This document shows positions 11,815 through 25,687 of a stretch of DNA of 64,000 nucleotides, in pieces. Made by a program: the position numbers and the translations under genes. Below the pieces are notes generated by a model that was not told the DNA's origin, ran no database searches, and saw only the letters and a program-made list of their open reading frames with translations. Position 1 is the stretch's first letter, and each line of letters opens with the position of its first letter. This stretch comes from Chiloscyllium plagiosum (lineage: Eukaryota): positions 42,513,484-42,577,483 of the forward strand of contig NC_057728.1 of NCBI RefSeq assembly GCF_004010195.1. The letters run 5' to 3'.

Positions 11815-14800
11815 GTAAGCAGTTTTAGATTTACACCTGAATTTGCCATCTGATGCTTGAAGCAGCCACACATTGAATACTTTGTCCAGTTCTCAAATTA
11901 TTTAAACCCTGGAAATTATGTGATGTTGCAGAGAGGGGACTAAAATATAGGGCATTGATAATTTTGAAACCCCACTTTCCACCTTCTGGCAGTCTTAGTA
12001 ACTACCTTTAACCACTATTCACTATTTGCTGTTTGTAATTAGCTTGTTTTTGATCCTGCTACATGTCCATGGATTCCATGGGCTGAATTTTTCTTGCCAA
12101 AGCTAGGATTGTTTTCAGCAGGGGGCACATTAAATAGATCAGATAGTTAACCTACTATGTTCCCAGCTACACCAAACACATGTCCATTGCATGTTAGGTC
12201 GGTCTATTTTGAAATCAGCTGCCCATCTTCCATATTCAGATAAACAATTAAAGGTCAATTAGGCTTGTTAAAAGAACCTATTGACTTCAATCATATGCAG
12301 CTCATGCCATGATATCACTGAAGTGGCCAGTTGGATGGAATTGATCATTTTTAAAGACCTACATTGAAAACATGGGACAGTATGGAGGGGAATCTTTATT
12401 TAGGGATACCCTGTATGCATTAAAGAGAGACTCCAAATCTCCACTAACTCTCCCTTCTGTATGCTAACCCTTCCCTGGGTCGGCAACTTAACACTTGTTT
12501 ACTCCGGACACCAATGATTCAATGCACATTCACCACTGGATCATAGAAATAGGCTACAAGAATATCAATACCGAAATATCAACATCTGTAATAAAAATGG
12601 TGGATAATTTACATTCTGACACCATCTTCACAATCTTCTATCTCTAAAATACATAAGTCAGTGGTTAAGATACAAATGTTATTCTCTTCATAGACTGATA
12701 ATTAAACCACCCTATCTGTCATTTATCAGCACTGTATAGGTTGCCATTGCCAAGTTTATTAACAATTTAGTGCCCACATTTCCACCCTGCCTGCCTTCCA
12801 GAACCTGGCTTCCCATACCCCAGCATCTCTCCCTGGGGTCTGGGGTGCATCCACGCTAAAAGCCAGGGATTTAACTTTCTGGGGCAGCGATGAAAATTCC
12901 TTGTTCTTCATGCAATCTCCACTGTGCCCACTCCTGAGCTCTGGTGTTGCCAGGACTGATAGATCTACCAATCATGCAGATTGGTTGTCATCTCCAAAGT
13001 TAGGACTTGTTCCCACTAATTGGCATAAGACCCAGTGCCCACTAATTATTTTGGCCTGGCATGTTTTGGCAGGGGTAGGGGGCATGGGGTTATTCTGGTC
13101 GTGTCAACTTCCAACAGAGTTTCCATCCAGGGAACATGAGCTGCCTGCACCCCCTTACCCTCCATACATCTTCAATGTTGTCAGAGTATTATGCAGTAGC
13201 TTACTGAAAACTTTTATTTTGGTTTTTAATTAAGGGGTAGCAAGCCATTCAAGTTTGTTTGTTGCGATTATTTTAGATTTTGAATAGAGTATGTATTTTC
13301 TCTCCGGTTGGCTGCTGGTTTTCTATTTATTGGGTGCGGTATGCTCCTTAAGTAAAATCCTATGGAATGCCTTCTGTAAATTTGATGATTGCTTGCAACA
13401 TCCTGTCTATACATTTGTGGACTAGAGAGCTGAGTCAAGTCACTTGGATAATGCAAGCACTTTTATATGGATCTGTAGTCCCTGATACCTGTAACCCTGG
13501 CTTTCTGCAATCAGCAGTTCAATGCACTTCTTATGTAGTTCAACTTCCTAGGGATCTCTACTTTGTTCCTCTTAATCTGATTTTGCAGAAAATACAATCT
13601 AAACAATTATGAGAACCTCTGTACCTGCTGAAAGAAAAGCAAGAGGAGAAAATGGTTTTCTAATTGCAGAATCAAATGACTCTTTGTGAACTTTGTATGA
13701 ACTAGCACTGATAACACATTCCCTATTACTGTATATGTCTACTCAAGATTTGTATGTGATGCACAGTGTGTGAGGATTTGATGTCACCGATCTCAGCCCA
13801 GATTTTCAAACTGCGCTGTCAAGATTTATATTTGCGGGTCAAATGAATCTGTATGGAAGATCTCATCTTCCAAATCTAACTGGCAGACATATATGAGAAG
13901 AGTATGATTAGTGACTGAAATAGATATTTGAAGAATAAAGATACGTAGAAGTATTTAGATGTGAGGTGATCTTTTTTTGACTCATTTTTGGAGGAAAATT
14001 TAGCTTTACAGCTTTCATTTAAGTATCTTGAGAAAGCCCTACCAAAGGAAAATGGAGAATTCCTTATGAAAAAATTAGTAAATATTTTTTGTATGTTAAT
14101 ATATTTCAATAATTTTCATAAATTGTATTAATGTGTTTCCAGTTCCGTGGCTTAGTTATTAATGGTATATTTGCCACATTGCATTGTTTTAGTTCATTTT
14201 CACATTGTCAAACTCTGTACTTAATGTAACCTACAGATTTTGACTATTAAACATTGTAACCTGAAGTCTTCCATTGTAACCGAGCATTTTATTCATGCCA
14301 GCTTCCAGTTCTGAGCCCATTAGATCATGTTAAAAACTAAAACTGAATGCTTTATTTAGAATCTTGTAAGCGATCAAATTTTCTTTTTCTAATGAGATAT
14401 AAATGCAAATTTGGGTTTCAAGGATAAAAGTTCAATGCCTGAGTTGCATTTATGCCAAAAAAGTAACAAAATGAAGCGAAAGAGTGTAATTAATAAGGCA
14501 CAAGTAAGCGCTCTCGAATTCCATAATTTATTGGATTACTTTACTGGATCTGTGCTGTGCATGAATATTGCATTATTCTAAAATCTTCTGCCTTAATTCC
14601 CACCAAATGCAATTGTCTTTGTTCCATACTTCATTGTTACAGATGGAGAGAGATGCTGGGAGAACTTTTTCCCTTTCTCTTCACTTTTCAGTTGTCTGCA
14701 CAAGATGTATTTAGAGGAAGTGTTATAAACAGTGTTGAGAATTTCACTAATAAATACAAAGTAGACTTTCTGATAAATTTAAATCAGAAGAAAAGGGAAT

Positions 14801-16097
14801 GTTTATTCCCACAAAGCACTGAAAATTAAACTCAATGGAACGCATTCATTTCCCCCACATCCATAGACATCCAAAAAGTCAAGATGGTTTTGGTAGATAA
14901 TGCACATCTTTGGGTTATTTGCAGAAATACAAGAAATAATCACATGTTGAATGACAGTTCTTTAAGGTGTACACATTACAGGCTCATAGTAATTTTCTCC
15001 CATGGCTCCTTGGATGAATGCTATGAGGGGAAGTAATGGCACAGTGATCATGTCACTAGATTAGTAATCCAGAAACCTAAGCTAATGTTTTGGAAATTCC
15101 AACAAAGCAGCTGGTGAAATTTTAATTCCAGAAAACATTTGGAATAAAAAGCTAGCCTCCTATGTAACCAATGTCGAATGTTGTAAAAACCCATTTGAAA
15201 CAATACTGTCCTTTGGAGAAGGGAGTCTGGCATCCTCACTTCATCTGGTCTACTTGTAACTCCTGACTGGCAACAATTGGTTTCTGGGCATTAAGAGATG
15301 GGCAATAAATGTTGACTTAGCCAGCCACAACCAAATTCCATAACCAAATTAAAAAAAAGAAATTTGTGAAGTCTAGATTTTTAGACATGTTTACGGTTGA
15401 ACTTCTATAGATACAAATATTTGTAGGTAACAACAAATTAGTCCCCCTCACATTGCCTTCGTTGGCTGGTTGCTAGGTGCTTCTGGCTGGAGGAATGGTC
15501 CCTCTTATACTATTGTTTGCAGACTGACTGGTCTCCCCCTGGTTCATTGGCGGGGTGGGGTGTAATAGAATTCGTAGTCAGTTTTGGCCATGTGATCAAT
15601 ACATCTCTTGTCCACCCAGAATAATTGAAATATGGGAGCCATTTCTACATAATGCAGAATGGATGATATCCATTCACAATGACATGTGATTTGATTTGTT
15701 CCTTTAAAGCTTTTCTTGATAAGTTTTGAGCTCAGAGATAGTAAATATATGTGTAAAATATAGGTATATAAGTATATAGTTTTTAAGTTCTCAGAATCCC
15801 AAAAAATAGCTCAAAAAATAGGAGATGTAAATTCTACAAATAATTTTTGTCTTGCTAAGTTGATTCAAATGTGAGCATCCCACGCATGATCAATTAATGT
15901 TGAACCTTTCAGAAATTTGAGATAATCTGCACAGAAATTAACCCAGCCATCTTAACAGCCTTTTTAATGACTATTTTTAATAGGAAAGGCAGTTCCAGAA
16001 AGTTCTATCCTGAATTTTGCATACTTAATGTTATGACTATAACATGCCTTTACTCATCATGACATCATATCATGGATGAAAACACTTTATATAAAAG

Positions 16098-16820
16098 TTT
16101 GTGCGAAGATTTGTAGCTCGGGTGCTCGTTGTTGTGGTTCTGTTCGCCGAGCTGGAAGTTTTTGTTGCAAACGTTTCGTCCCCTGGCTAGGCGACATCAT
16201 CAGTGCTTGGGAGCCTCCTGCGAAGCGCTTCTTTGATGTTTCCTCCGGTGTTTATAGTGGTCTGTCCCTCTGCCATAACGGCACACAAACCAACAGCCAC
16301 GCTCAGACAACAACTCACCAAAACAAAGGACCCAATACCCAACATGAGCAAGACGAATGTAGTGTACAAAATACCATACAAGGTCTGCACAAAACACTAT
16401 ATAGGACAAACAGGAAGACAGCTAACAATCCGCATACATGAACATCAACTAGCCACGAAACGACACGACCAGCTATCCTTAGTAGCCACACACGCAGACA
16501 ACAAGCAACATGAATTCGACTGGGACAACACTACTATCATAGGGCAAGCCAGACAGAGAACAGCCAGGGAATTCCTCGAGGCATGGCATTCATCCACAAA
16601 CTCCATCAACAAACTCATCGACCTGGACCCAATATACCAACCACTACAGCGGACAGCTGAAACTGACAACCGGAAGCGGCAGGGACAGACCACTATAAAC
16701 ACCGGAGGAAACATCAAAGAAGCGCTTCGCAGGAGGCTCCCAAGCACTGATGATTTCGCCTAGCCAGGAGACGAAACGTTTGCAACAAAAACTTCCAGCT
16801 CGGCGAACAGAACCACAACA
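16098..16820 (+). mobile_element. Truncated Penelope-like element with GIY-YIG endonuclease fragment and inverted pLTRs
   Basis: ORF 16203-16763 contains VVYKIP...HYIGQTGR...RIHEH...REFLEAWHS; about 16128-16270 is the reverse complement of about 16680-16820; flanking duplication actttatataaaag at 16084-16097 and 16821-16834. Confidence 0.9.
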
Positions 16821-18065
16821 ACTTTATATAAAAGGATGTAGTTATTCGACGGGAACAAGGAGGGCACATTGCACTATGGCAGTGAAAGTGATGAAGTTAC
16901 TGAACAAATGTATTATTAAATCATGATGAACAGGAGAGTTCTGAGAGAAGAACTTGATCAACTCAACAGGGGAGGTGTGCACAAGAACAACTGTATTGAA
17001 GGTGTATATACTCATATTATTGTACAGGCAAATTAGTTACAAATAAAGATGTACAATGCAGACTAAACAAATAACATTTAAATGGAGCAGCAAACAATCC
17101 AAAGCAAAATGAATAAAGGAAAACCATTTAGCAGCTGGTAGAAGGAAAATGAAGATAATCTATGAGAAAAAAAATTACAAATGGCCAAAAATTAAAGAGC
17201 AAGAGGGTACCAACGTTTAAAGACAAATGAAACAATAACAATTTTTTCCAAAATCATGAGGATTGTCACATCATGTGATAGTATGGCTGATGACAGACAC
17301 TTGACTCATTGTCTACTGGTGTGCCATACTGAAATATATTTTTGGACGCTTTGTCAGTGGTGGCTAAGGGGATAGGGCAAGGAGGGCAGGACACAAGTCT
17401 ACCTTAGTTGGAACAGAAATCAAACCCACACTGTTGATGTTATTGAACCACATATTAGCTACTTAGTTGACTGAGTTAACAAGTTCCCAGCAAGAGGATT
17501 ATTAAAGCAGAATACTAATATATATTCTTTAGGCTCACACGATAATAATGGATGGGGAGGACTATTTGGCTTATTAGATTCTCCACCGAGAAATGTCTTG
17601 AGATTTGACCATAATGGAATCCAATTCTTTACTTAAATCCATTCTGGGGTTTCTCCATTGTCATTGCAAGGAATTCCATTTGAAGTGTTGATTATTCTGT
17701 ATGTGGAGAAAAGTTCATTAAAGCCCAGTCAGGATCTATCTGGTTCAGAGACAGTGGTGGTGGTGACTCACAGGCAGACATATGGCAAACCCAACTGGAA
17801 ATTTGAGTCCAGATTTGTAACACCAATGTCTCATGTGTTGTGCATCACAGGCTGGACTTTTCCAAAGCCCAGGCTGCCCTGCTGCTGGGTCTGAAATTGT
17901 GTTTGGATTCTGCATGTACAAAAGGCACAGTACTGGGTGGTATTTTAACAGCAGAGGCCAATTGTGGAGCCACCACCAGGACTGCCAGTCAATTGGGTGG
18001 CCAGCAGCCTCAATCTTTCCACTGATAGTGTGACCGCTAATAGTAGATATGGTACAGGAATTTCA

Positions 18066-19145
18066 ATAGAGTCATAGAGATGTACAGCATGGAAACAGAC
18101 CCTTCGATCCAACCCGTCCATGCTGACCAGATATACTACCCAATCTAGTCCCATCTGCTAGCACCTGGCCCATATCCCTCTAAACCCTTCCTATTCAAAT
18201 ACCCATCCAAATGCCTCTGAAATATTGCAATTGTACCAGCCTCCACTACTTCCTCTGGCAGCTTATTCCATACCCATACCACCCTCTGTGTGAAAAAGTT
18301 GCCCCTTTGGTCTCTTTTATATCCTTCCCCTCTCACCCTAAACCTATGCCCTCTAGTTCTGGACTCCCCGACCCCAGGGAAAAGACTTTGCCTAAGTGAA
18401 ATATTCTGAATTTCTAACTAAAGGGAATGTGTAATCATTTTTCCTACATTTATTGCCCAAGAGAGGCAACTTAGTCATAAAGATGTACGGCATGGAAACA
18501 GACCCTTCGGTCCAACTCGTCCATGCCGACCAGATATCCCAATCTAACCTAGTTCCATTTGCTAGCACTTGGCCCAAATCCCTCTGAACCCTCCCTATTC
18601 ATATACCCAACCAGATGCCTTTTAAATGTTGCAATTGTACCAGTCTCCACCATTCCCTCTGGCAGCTCATTCCATACACGCACCACCATCTGCATGGAAA
18701 CGTTGCCCCTTAGGTCTCATTTATATCTCTTCCCTCTCACCCTCTACGTCTGGACTACCCCACCCCAGGGAAAATACTTTGTCTATTTACCCTATCCATG
18801 CTGCTCATGATTGTATAAACATGATGCTCCAGGTAAAATAGCCCCAGCCTATTCAGCCTCTCCCTATAGCTCAAATCCTCCTACCCTGGCAACATCCTTG
18901 TAAATCTTTTCTGAAACTTTTCAAGTTTCACACATCCTTCTGATAGGAAGGAGACCAGAACTGCATGCAATATTCCAAAAGTGGCCTCACCAATGTCCTG
19001 TACAGCCGCAACATGACTTCCCAACTCCTGTACTCCGTACTCTTGACCAATAAAGGAAAGCATACCAAACGCCTTCTTCACTATCCTATCTACCATGACT
19101 CCACTTTCAAGGAGCTATGAACCTGCACTCCAAGGTCTCTTTGTT
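18066..19145 (-). mobile_element. Two tandem CR1/HER1-type LINE 3' fragments (about 18066-18392 and 18472-19145)
   Basis: RGNFFTQRVVWVWNKLPEEVVEAG and QKRFTRMLPG motifs; two separate 3' UTR tails. Confidence 0.9.
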
Positions 19146-21149
19146 GGATGTATTAAGGACATGAAAAACACAATATAGATGTAAGTTCTTTCTTTCAAAG
19201 AAGTCCCATATAAAATGCTTTTTAATCAGCAAATTTAATCTGATGAATTAATTTGAAATGCTTTTTTGAAGTTTATTCAGTTTTCATTACTCAGCTCCAT
19301 TAAAATGCTATCCCTGCTGAAAAGAAAGTCAATGTTGAGTGAAGAAGCTGTGGTTCCTTCATGTAAAGAACCGAGATCTAAAGATGTTGCAGAATTGCTC
19401 ATAGTTGTTGGTGTAATTGTATATAGGCTCAATGCAGGTGTACAGGGCTGTGTAACCATTGGGTTACTTACTCCAAGCTAGCTCATATTTGTTCAGTCAC
19501 TTAAGCCACTTTTAATCATCTTTGGTTACTTCACCAGGAGGGGAAATGAGTGCAACAGGCCAGAGGTTTGCATTATATTGTATCACAGCTGATCTGTTCA
19601 AGAAAACTGCAGTTTCTCACATTTCCACAGGTTTTCCTGATACTATGAACATAATACAAACTTCTAGTCTTGTTTTAAAGCACAAAGGAGAATGTATTAG
19701 AAGTAATATGTGTATTAGTTTACTTCACTACAGAATAAATTAGCCATGAAACTTTAATAAAACTAAGCTCTTCTTCTGTCATTTACCATGATTTAGCAGA
19801 AATAGATTGGAATTAAAGTTGAAATTTATCTTTCAACGCTGCAGCAAATTAAATTTCATCATGATATGAAATCTGTCATTGGGATTGTTGTTAATTTCTC
19901 AGTCAGCAGTTCAAAGTAATTGCTTTTGCCAGTTGCTTTAAAAAGAAAATTGGCCAATGGCCTAAGAATGCATGATAAGGTCACTGAGTTCCCAAAAGTG
20001 GAATTTCAAATTTCCTAATGGATCAGACAATGCAGCAAATAACCATTAGTTTTGTTATAGTTTCACATTTTGTTTTTAATTTTTGAAATAAATCACTATT
20101 TGCAAGAAAATTGATGAAAACTTTGGGGTTAAAGACACTATGGCCCATTGAGTAGTTTTTTGTAGATTGTTTGCTCAATGATGAAAGCTAGTGGAACCCT
20201 ATTTCATTCACCACTATTCGTTGAAAGAGATCTTTGTTTGTGAGTCTTGCATGTAATGTGGTCACATTAAGTGGTCTGTAAACCTAACCTTATTGAACTG
20301 CTTCATTGAGTTTGAAATTTTCCAAATTACAAAATTACCTACCCAAGCAAGGAATGCAACACTTTATATATCTACTTAAAAATAAACACAATTATACAGT
20401 AAACTCCCCAAATATTGCAAATACAGTATTGTGCAGAGAAGATTATTTCATACTTTAAAACATTGCTTCAAACTAATAACCTGCCCATGTTAACCTTGGC
20501 TTCAGCAGAAGCATGCTGGTGACAAGAGCAAGGGAATGGAAGAAACAATGGTATATTTTGAATTTGATCAAATCAATTCATAGTTGATATTGGTGAAGAG
20601 CTGCATGAGTGCTGTGAGCAAGGATCTGATGGAAGTATCAATAAAAAGCTAGGTTTACACCAGTATAAGGCATAGAACATTTTACACACAGATCCCCTTT
20701 AGGTCTGAGCACGTTTCTCTGATTGAAAGAGTGGACAAATGGTTGCTCCTAAACATTTGCCAAGTTTGCCACGGCAAAATCTCCCTCTGAGCTTCTCTCT
20801 CTTGATCAATTTATTAGCTTTCACTTTGCATCTTCCTTTATTCTGCAGCCAAATTTGAGAACCTCAAGCAGAGTTCTTGTCATTTTTCTTTTAAATTAAT
20901 CAAAGTTTTATGAATGTTAGTCCATTGTGATTTCATGTCAAAACCTGAAGCCAAGTATCTATTTAGGTTTTTAAATCTAACGTATAATTTAGGACTTTAT
21001 ATCAATTTCAAAATTATGATTGCAAAAGTACTTGAATTTTTAAGTTTTTGCTAAGTTTCATGTGAGATATTTAATACATGGCAGGCTTGCTAAATTGAAG
21101 TAAATTTTGTATTCACTTATTTATAATAAACAGCAACTGTACGAAATCA

Positions 21150-21743
21150 TCATGATACATACCAAAACGGTTTTGTACAACATTGGTTAGGCCACTTTTG
21201 GAATACTGCATGCAATTCTGGTCTTCCTGCTATAGGAAGGATGTTGTGAAACTTGAAAGGATTCAGAAAAGATTTACAAGAATCTTGCCGGGTTGGAGGT
21301 TTTGAGCTTTAGGGAGAGGCTGAATAAACGAGGGCTATTTTCCCTGGAGTGGTGGAGGCTGAGGGGTGACTTTTTATAGAGGTTTATAAAATCATGAGGG
21401 GCATGGATAGGATAAATAGACAAGGTCTTTTCTGTAGATTGGGGAGTCCAAAAGTAGGGGACTTGGGTTTAAAGTGAGATGGAAAAGATTGAAAAGGCAC
21501 CTAAGGGGCAACTTTTCATGCAGAGGGTGGCGTGTGTATGGAATGAGCTGCCAGACGGAGTGGTGGTTGTTGGTACAATTACAACATTAAAAAGGCATCT
21601 AAATGGATTTATGAATAGGAAGGATTTAGAGGGATATGGCCCAAATGCTGGCAAATCAGAATTGATTTATTTAGGATATCTGGTTGGCATAAATGAGTTG
21701 GACTGAAGGGTCTGTTTCCGTGCTGTACATCTCTATGACTCTA
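21150..21743 (+). mobile_element. CR1/HER1-type LINE 3' fragment
   Basis: LVRPLLEYCMQFWS, QKRFTR and QRVACVWNELP motifs; ctctatgactcta tail. Confidence 0.9.
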
Positions 21744-22300
21744 AATGTACCTTGTGTTGTGATGAAATCTGTGGTTTCAAAGCTTTTATTTTTTGAATGA
21801 TTTATTGTCACTAATATTTAACAAATAAATGCAGTGAAAAGTGTAAGGTGTCGCCATACTCCGGTGCCATCTTGAGTTACAGGAGATACTACAACACAAC
21901 CAGAACGCAATCAAAAACAGAGCTCTTCCTCATCTCCTGTGCACTGCTCGACATCGGTAGAGGGGAGGCTCCACAGTGGGCTCTAGGCCCACCAACACCC
22001 CACACCCCAGGAGAACCACTCCAGGGCCGCCATCACCGTTACTGCATTCCAGGACCATCACACCAGGCCTACCAAGTCACTGCCGAAGCAATGGCCATCC
22101 CTGTCAACACACCAGAAAAACTGATTTTTACCTACCCTATTGCTGCAGCTGAAGCTAAACATCCCGAATCTGGCACTGATCGCAAAGGCCATCCTGCTGT
22201 TGCTGCTATCTTAAAAGCTGGTGCCGTCACCATCTCAGGTCCAGCACTTGTGGGCCAACCAACATTGAAGTCACCATTCTCCAGTGCCATCTCTGGCTGC

Positions 22301-22450
22301 TGGTTCACTCTCCCTCCCACTGGGCTCACTCTCCCCCAGATCGGGCTTACTCTCCCCCCTACCGGGCTTACTCTCCCCCCTACCAGGCTCGCTCTCCCCC
22401 ACACCGGGCTCGCTCTCCCCCACACCGGGCTCGCTCTCCCCCACACCGGG
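22301..22450. repeat. Minisatellite, 21-bp unit (ccgggctcgctctcccccaca), about 7 copies
   Basis: Direct inspection. Confidence 0.92.
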
Positions 22451-23208
22451 ATTAACAAGGATGTTGGTGGGATTGGAATGTTTGAGGTGTGGGGGAAGGC
22501 TGAATAGGCTGGGGCTGTTTCCCCTAGAGCATTGGAGGCTGAATGGTGACCTTATAGAGATTTATAAAATCATAAGGAGAATGTATAGAGTGAATAACCA
22601 GGTGGAGGAGTTCAAATCTAGAGGCATAGATTTCAGGTGAGAGAGGAAAAATTTAAAAAGCAATCACTTCATGCAGAAGATGGTGTGTGTATGGAATGAG
22701 CTACCAAAAGAGATGGTGGAGGTGAATACAATTACAACATTTAAGAGGCATCTGGGTGCATACATGAATAGGAAAGGTTTAGAGGAATATGAGAAATGGG
22801 ATTATGGGCGGCACAGTGGCACAGTGGTTAGCACTGCTGCCTCACAGCGCCAGAGACCCGGGTTCAATTCCCGCCTCAGGCGACTGACTGTGTGGAGTTT
22901 GCACGTTCTCCCTGTGTCTGCGTGGGTTTTCTCCGGGTGCTCCGGTTTCTTCCCACAGTCCAAAAATGTGCAGGTCAGGTGAATTGGCCATGCTAAATTG
23001 CCCGTAGTGTTAGGTAAGGGGTAAATGTAGGGATATGGGTGGGTTGCGCTTCGGCGGGTCGGTGTGGACTTGTTGGGCCGAAGGGCCTGTTTCCACACTG
23101 TAATGTAATCTAATCTAATCTAATCAGTTTAGGATATCTGGTCAGCATGGAAGGATTGGACTGAAGGGTCTGTTTCCATGCTGTATAACTCCATGACTCA
23201 ATGACTCT
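22451..23208 (+). mobile_element. CR1 3' fragment interrupted by an HE1 SINE
   Basis: RLNRLGLFPLEHWRLNGDLIEIYKI and VWNELPKEMVE; the 3' UTR resumes after about 23125. Confidence 0.85.
22806..23125 (+). mobile_element. HE1-type tRNA-derived V-SINE, near full length
   Basis: A box (tggcacagtggttagc), B box (ggttcaattcc), V-domain gtggagtttgcacgttctcc...tccggtttcttcccaca, (taatc)n tail. Confidence 0.88.
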
Positions 23209-25560
23209 ACATTATCCTTGTACTCTGTATCGCAACATATTAGTGAGTAAATAGTGAAATATTAGGCAGATATTTCTTTTCTAAACATTATTTTGAAACC
23301 ACTGTTATCAAACGGTATGCAGTGTTACTTATAGAAGTAACCTGTCGGTGAGCTTTCTGTAAAAGAAATCAAGGCTAGCAAAAACTGATTGTGGTTCATT
23401 GGAGAGAATAAATAGCATGTGGAACCAGTTCAAGTGTGCCAGAGATTTCATCTATCACCACAATAGTTAATTGATTGAAATGAACAGTGTTTAATACTGG
23501 AAGGAGATGATTCTTTTGCAATAAGTACCCAAGAACACATGCCAGTGGTTCACCTTTTCTTTAGCCTGGAATTCTTCAAGTGGTTTATTTAAAACAAAAA
23601 ATTGTCAAGTTTTTTTTTAGAGCTGTGACCGCTTTTAAAAAGTTAATGAATTTTGTTCCAGTATTTATACTGTGTACACAAAGCAAAAAAGAAATAGAGA
23701 AGAACTGGGCTGAGATAGGACTCTAATGACTGAGATTGGCATCATCTTGTTAGCCTGAACAGAATTCAGAATCAGACCCCTGAGGTGAAGGGAGATGTGC
23801 CACAGAACTGTTTTCCTAGGTGTTTTGACTCATTTGCCCACTGGTTCTCTAGATCAATTGTAGCAATTGAGAAACATGTCATTCTTTGATTCCAAAATCA
23901 ATATTTTTTTAAAATTGCATTCAAGCTGAGCGGTCTTCAATATGTTTATGCTGCCATTGTTTTACTGTTATTAGTAATTTGGTGTAGAAACTAGTCTTAT
24001 CAGGGAAGGTCATAGTGAATTGTAGCTTTAGGGATGTTTCATACCATTGTTTCAAATTTAGGATTACAATGACCAATTAATTTGTAGTCTGTATTTTTGC
24101 ACTTTATTTTGTGACGCATTAAATTGTTTAGAATTTCTACACAAGGATATTTTCATTAATATTGCACCCCAAACTTAAGCCAATGGTGATAAATTTCATA
24201 TTCTAAATACAGACTCATGGACACCAACAATGATTATTATTCTGTCCTGAATTATTATGTATATATGCACATAAATGGCATATTTCTCTCAATTTAATTT
24301 ACATCTGGTATTAATGAAGAATTAATAGAGGTTCCTCCATGGATGCACATCATCAGTCAAAGCTTCATCCAGTATTATGCCTGGTTTGCCAATGCCAATT
24401 TTTGCTTGCTTGCTTCTCTAATTTGCCATCATTTCTGGGAGCAGCAATGGGATTTAATCCCAAATGGGCACCTGCCTGGCTGCAGTCAGGGTTCCTGAGG
24501 TTTACAGAATGAGGATTATGCCTGCAAAAGTTATGGAGGACAGAGTGGAGTCTTTCCAGATGGGTCGCACTTGATGTGAACAGGGCTCACCATTCAGGAT
24601 GATGTGCACAAACATCCCCATTCCCCGCCAAGAAGGCAGCCTTCCAGGGTATACCCAGTGGCTTTGTCATGTGACACAAGGTGGTGATACACTAAGTGTT
24701 TTCAGGATAGTAAGCATTAAAATCTACCCCATTTACTCCTTCTTTAATTATGGAAGTTTTAAGTTTCAGTTTATTTACTATCATCCATGCACAAGTTTTC
24801 AAAATGTTAATGTAGTCTGTATCAAAAGTGGTAGCATAATGGTGATGTTATGGGACAACCTCCAAGGCCTGGACAAACGATCTGGAGAAATGAGTTCCAA
24901 ACTAAAATGGCAGCTGGGGAATTTAAATTCAATCAATTAAATAAATGTGGAATAAAATGTTAGTATACGTGGCAGCTGTGAAATTACCAGATTGTGGACA
25001 GATATACCAGGCTCACTAATGTTGTTTAAGGAAAGAAATCTGCTATCTTTGCCCAATATGACATGTCTGTGACCCCAGAACCAAAGCAATGTGATTGATT
25101 CTTAACTGCCCTATAAAAATGCAATTATGATTGAACCATAAATACTGGCCTCGCCAGTGGCATCCACATTCCATAAATAAATAAAAATGTTCATTTAAAA
25201 AAACAGAAGGTATTTGATGGAGGTGACGGAGCCGACTGGCTGGAAAACTGGTGAGAGGTTGGAATCTCTTCTGTTAGGCAATCCATCACTTAACTGGAGA
25301 GCAGTGACTTTCCCTGAGAACCAGAACCCAGCGGCAGAGACTCTCCCAGCCAGTCAGAGTTCAGCAGCTGTACTATCAGCAGCGCCACTGTAGAGGGGAA
25401 GGTTTCTGTCAGTATTGCATCTGCCCGTGGCCCAAAGTCACTATAGATCCAGGAGGCCATGGGAAAGGACAGGCTGGTGGCTCTAAGCAGCTGGATGAGG
25501 ATCCCCCTTACAGCCTTCAAGAAATTTTGCGCACAGCTCACACACCCTGTATGGTAAATA

Positions 25561-25687
25561 GGAGAAAGTGAGGATTGCAGATGTTAGAGTATCTGAGTTG
25601 AGAAGTTTGGTGCTGGAAAAGCACAGCAGGTCAGACAACATCCCAGGGGCAGGAGAGTAGATGTTTCAGGCATAAGCCCTTCATCAA
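25561..25687 (-). mobile_element. Single-arm copy of the 60.4 kb family with a degenerate hammerhead
   Basis: ggagaaagtgagga...ctggaaaagcacagcaggtcag...gtttcaggcataagcccttcatca aligns to 60426-60550. Confidence 0.75.

Noticed and set aside
21848..22640. 219-aa and overlapping ORFs with repeated peptides
   Set aside because: Kept open by GC-rich sequence and a 21-bp tandem repeat; no domain or splice support.
22806..22875. tRNA gene
   Set aside because: The A/B boxes belong to the tRNA-derived head of an HE1 SINE, followed by the V-domain and tail.
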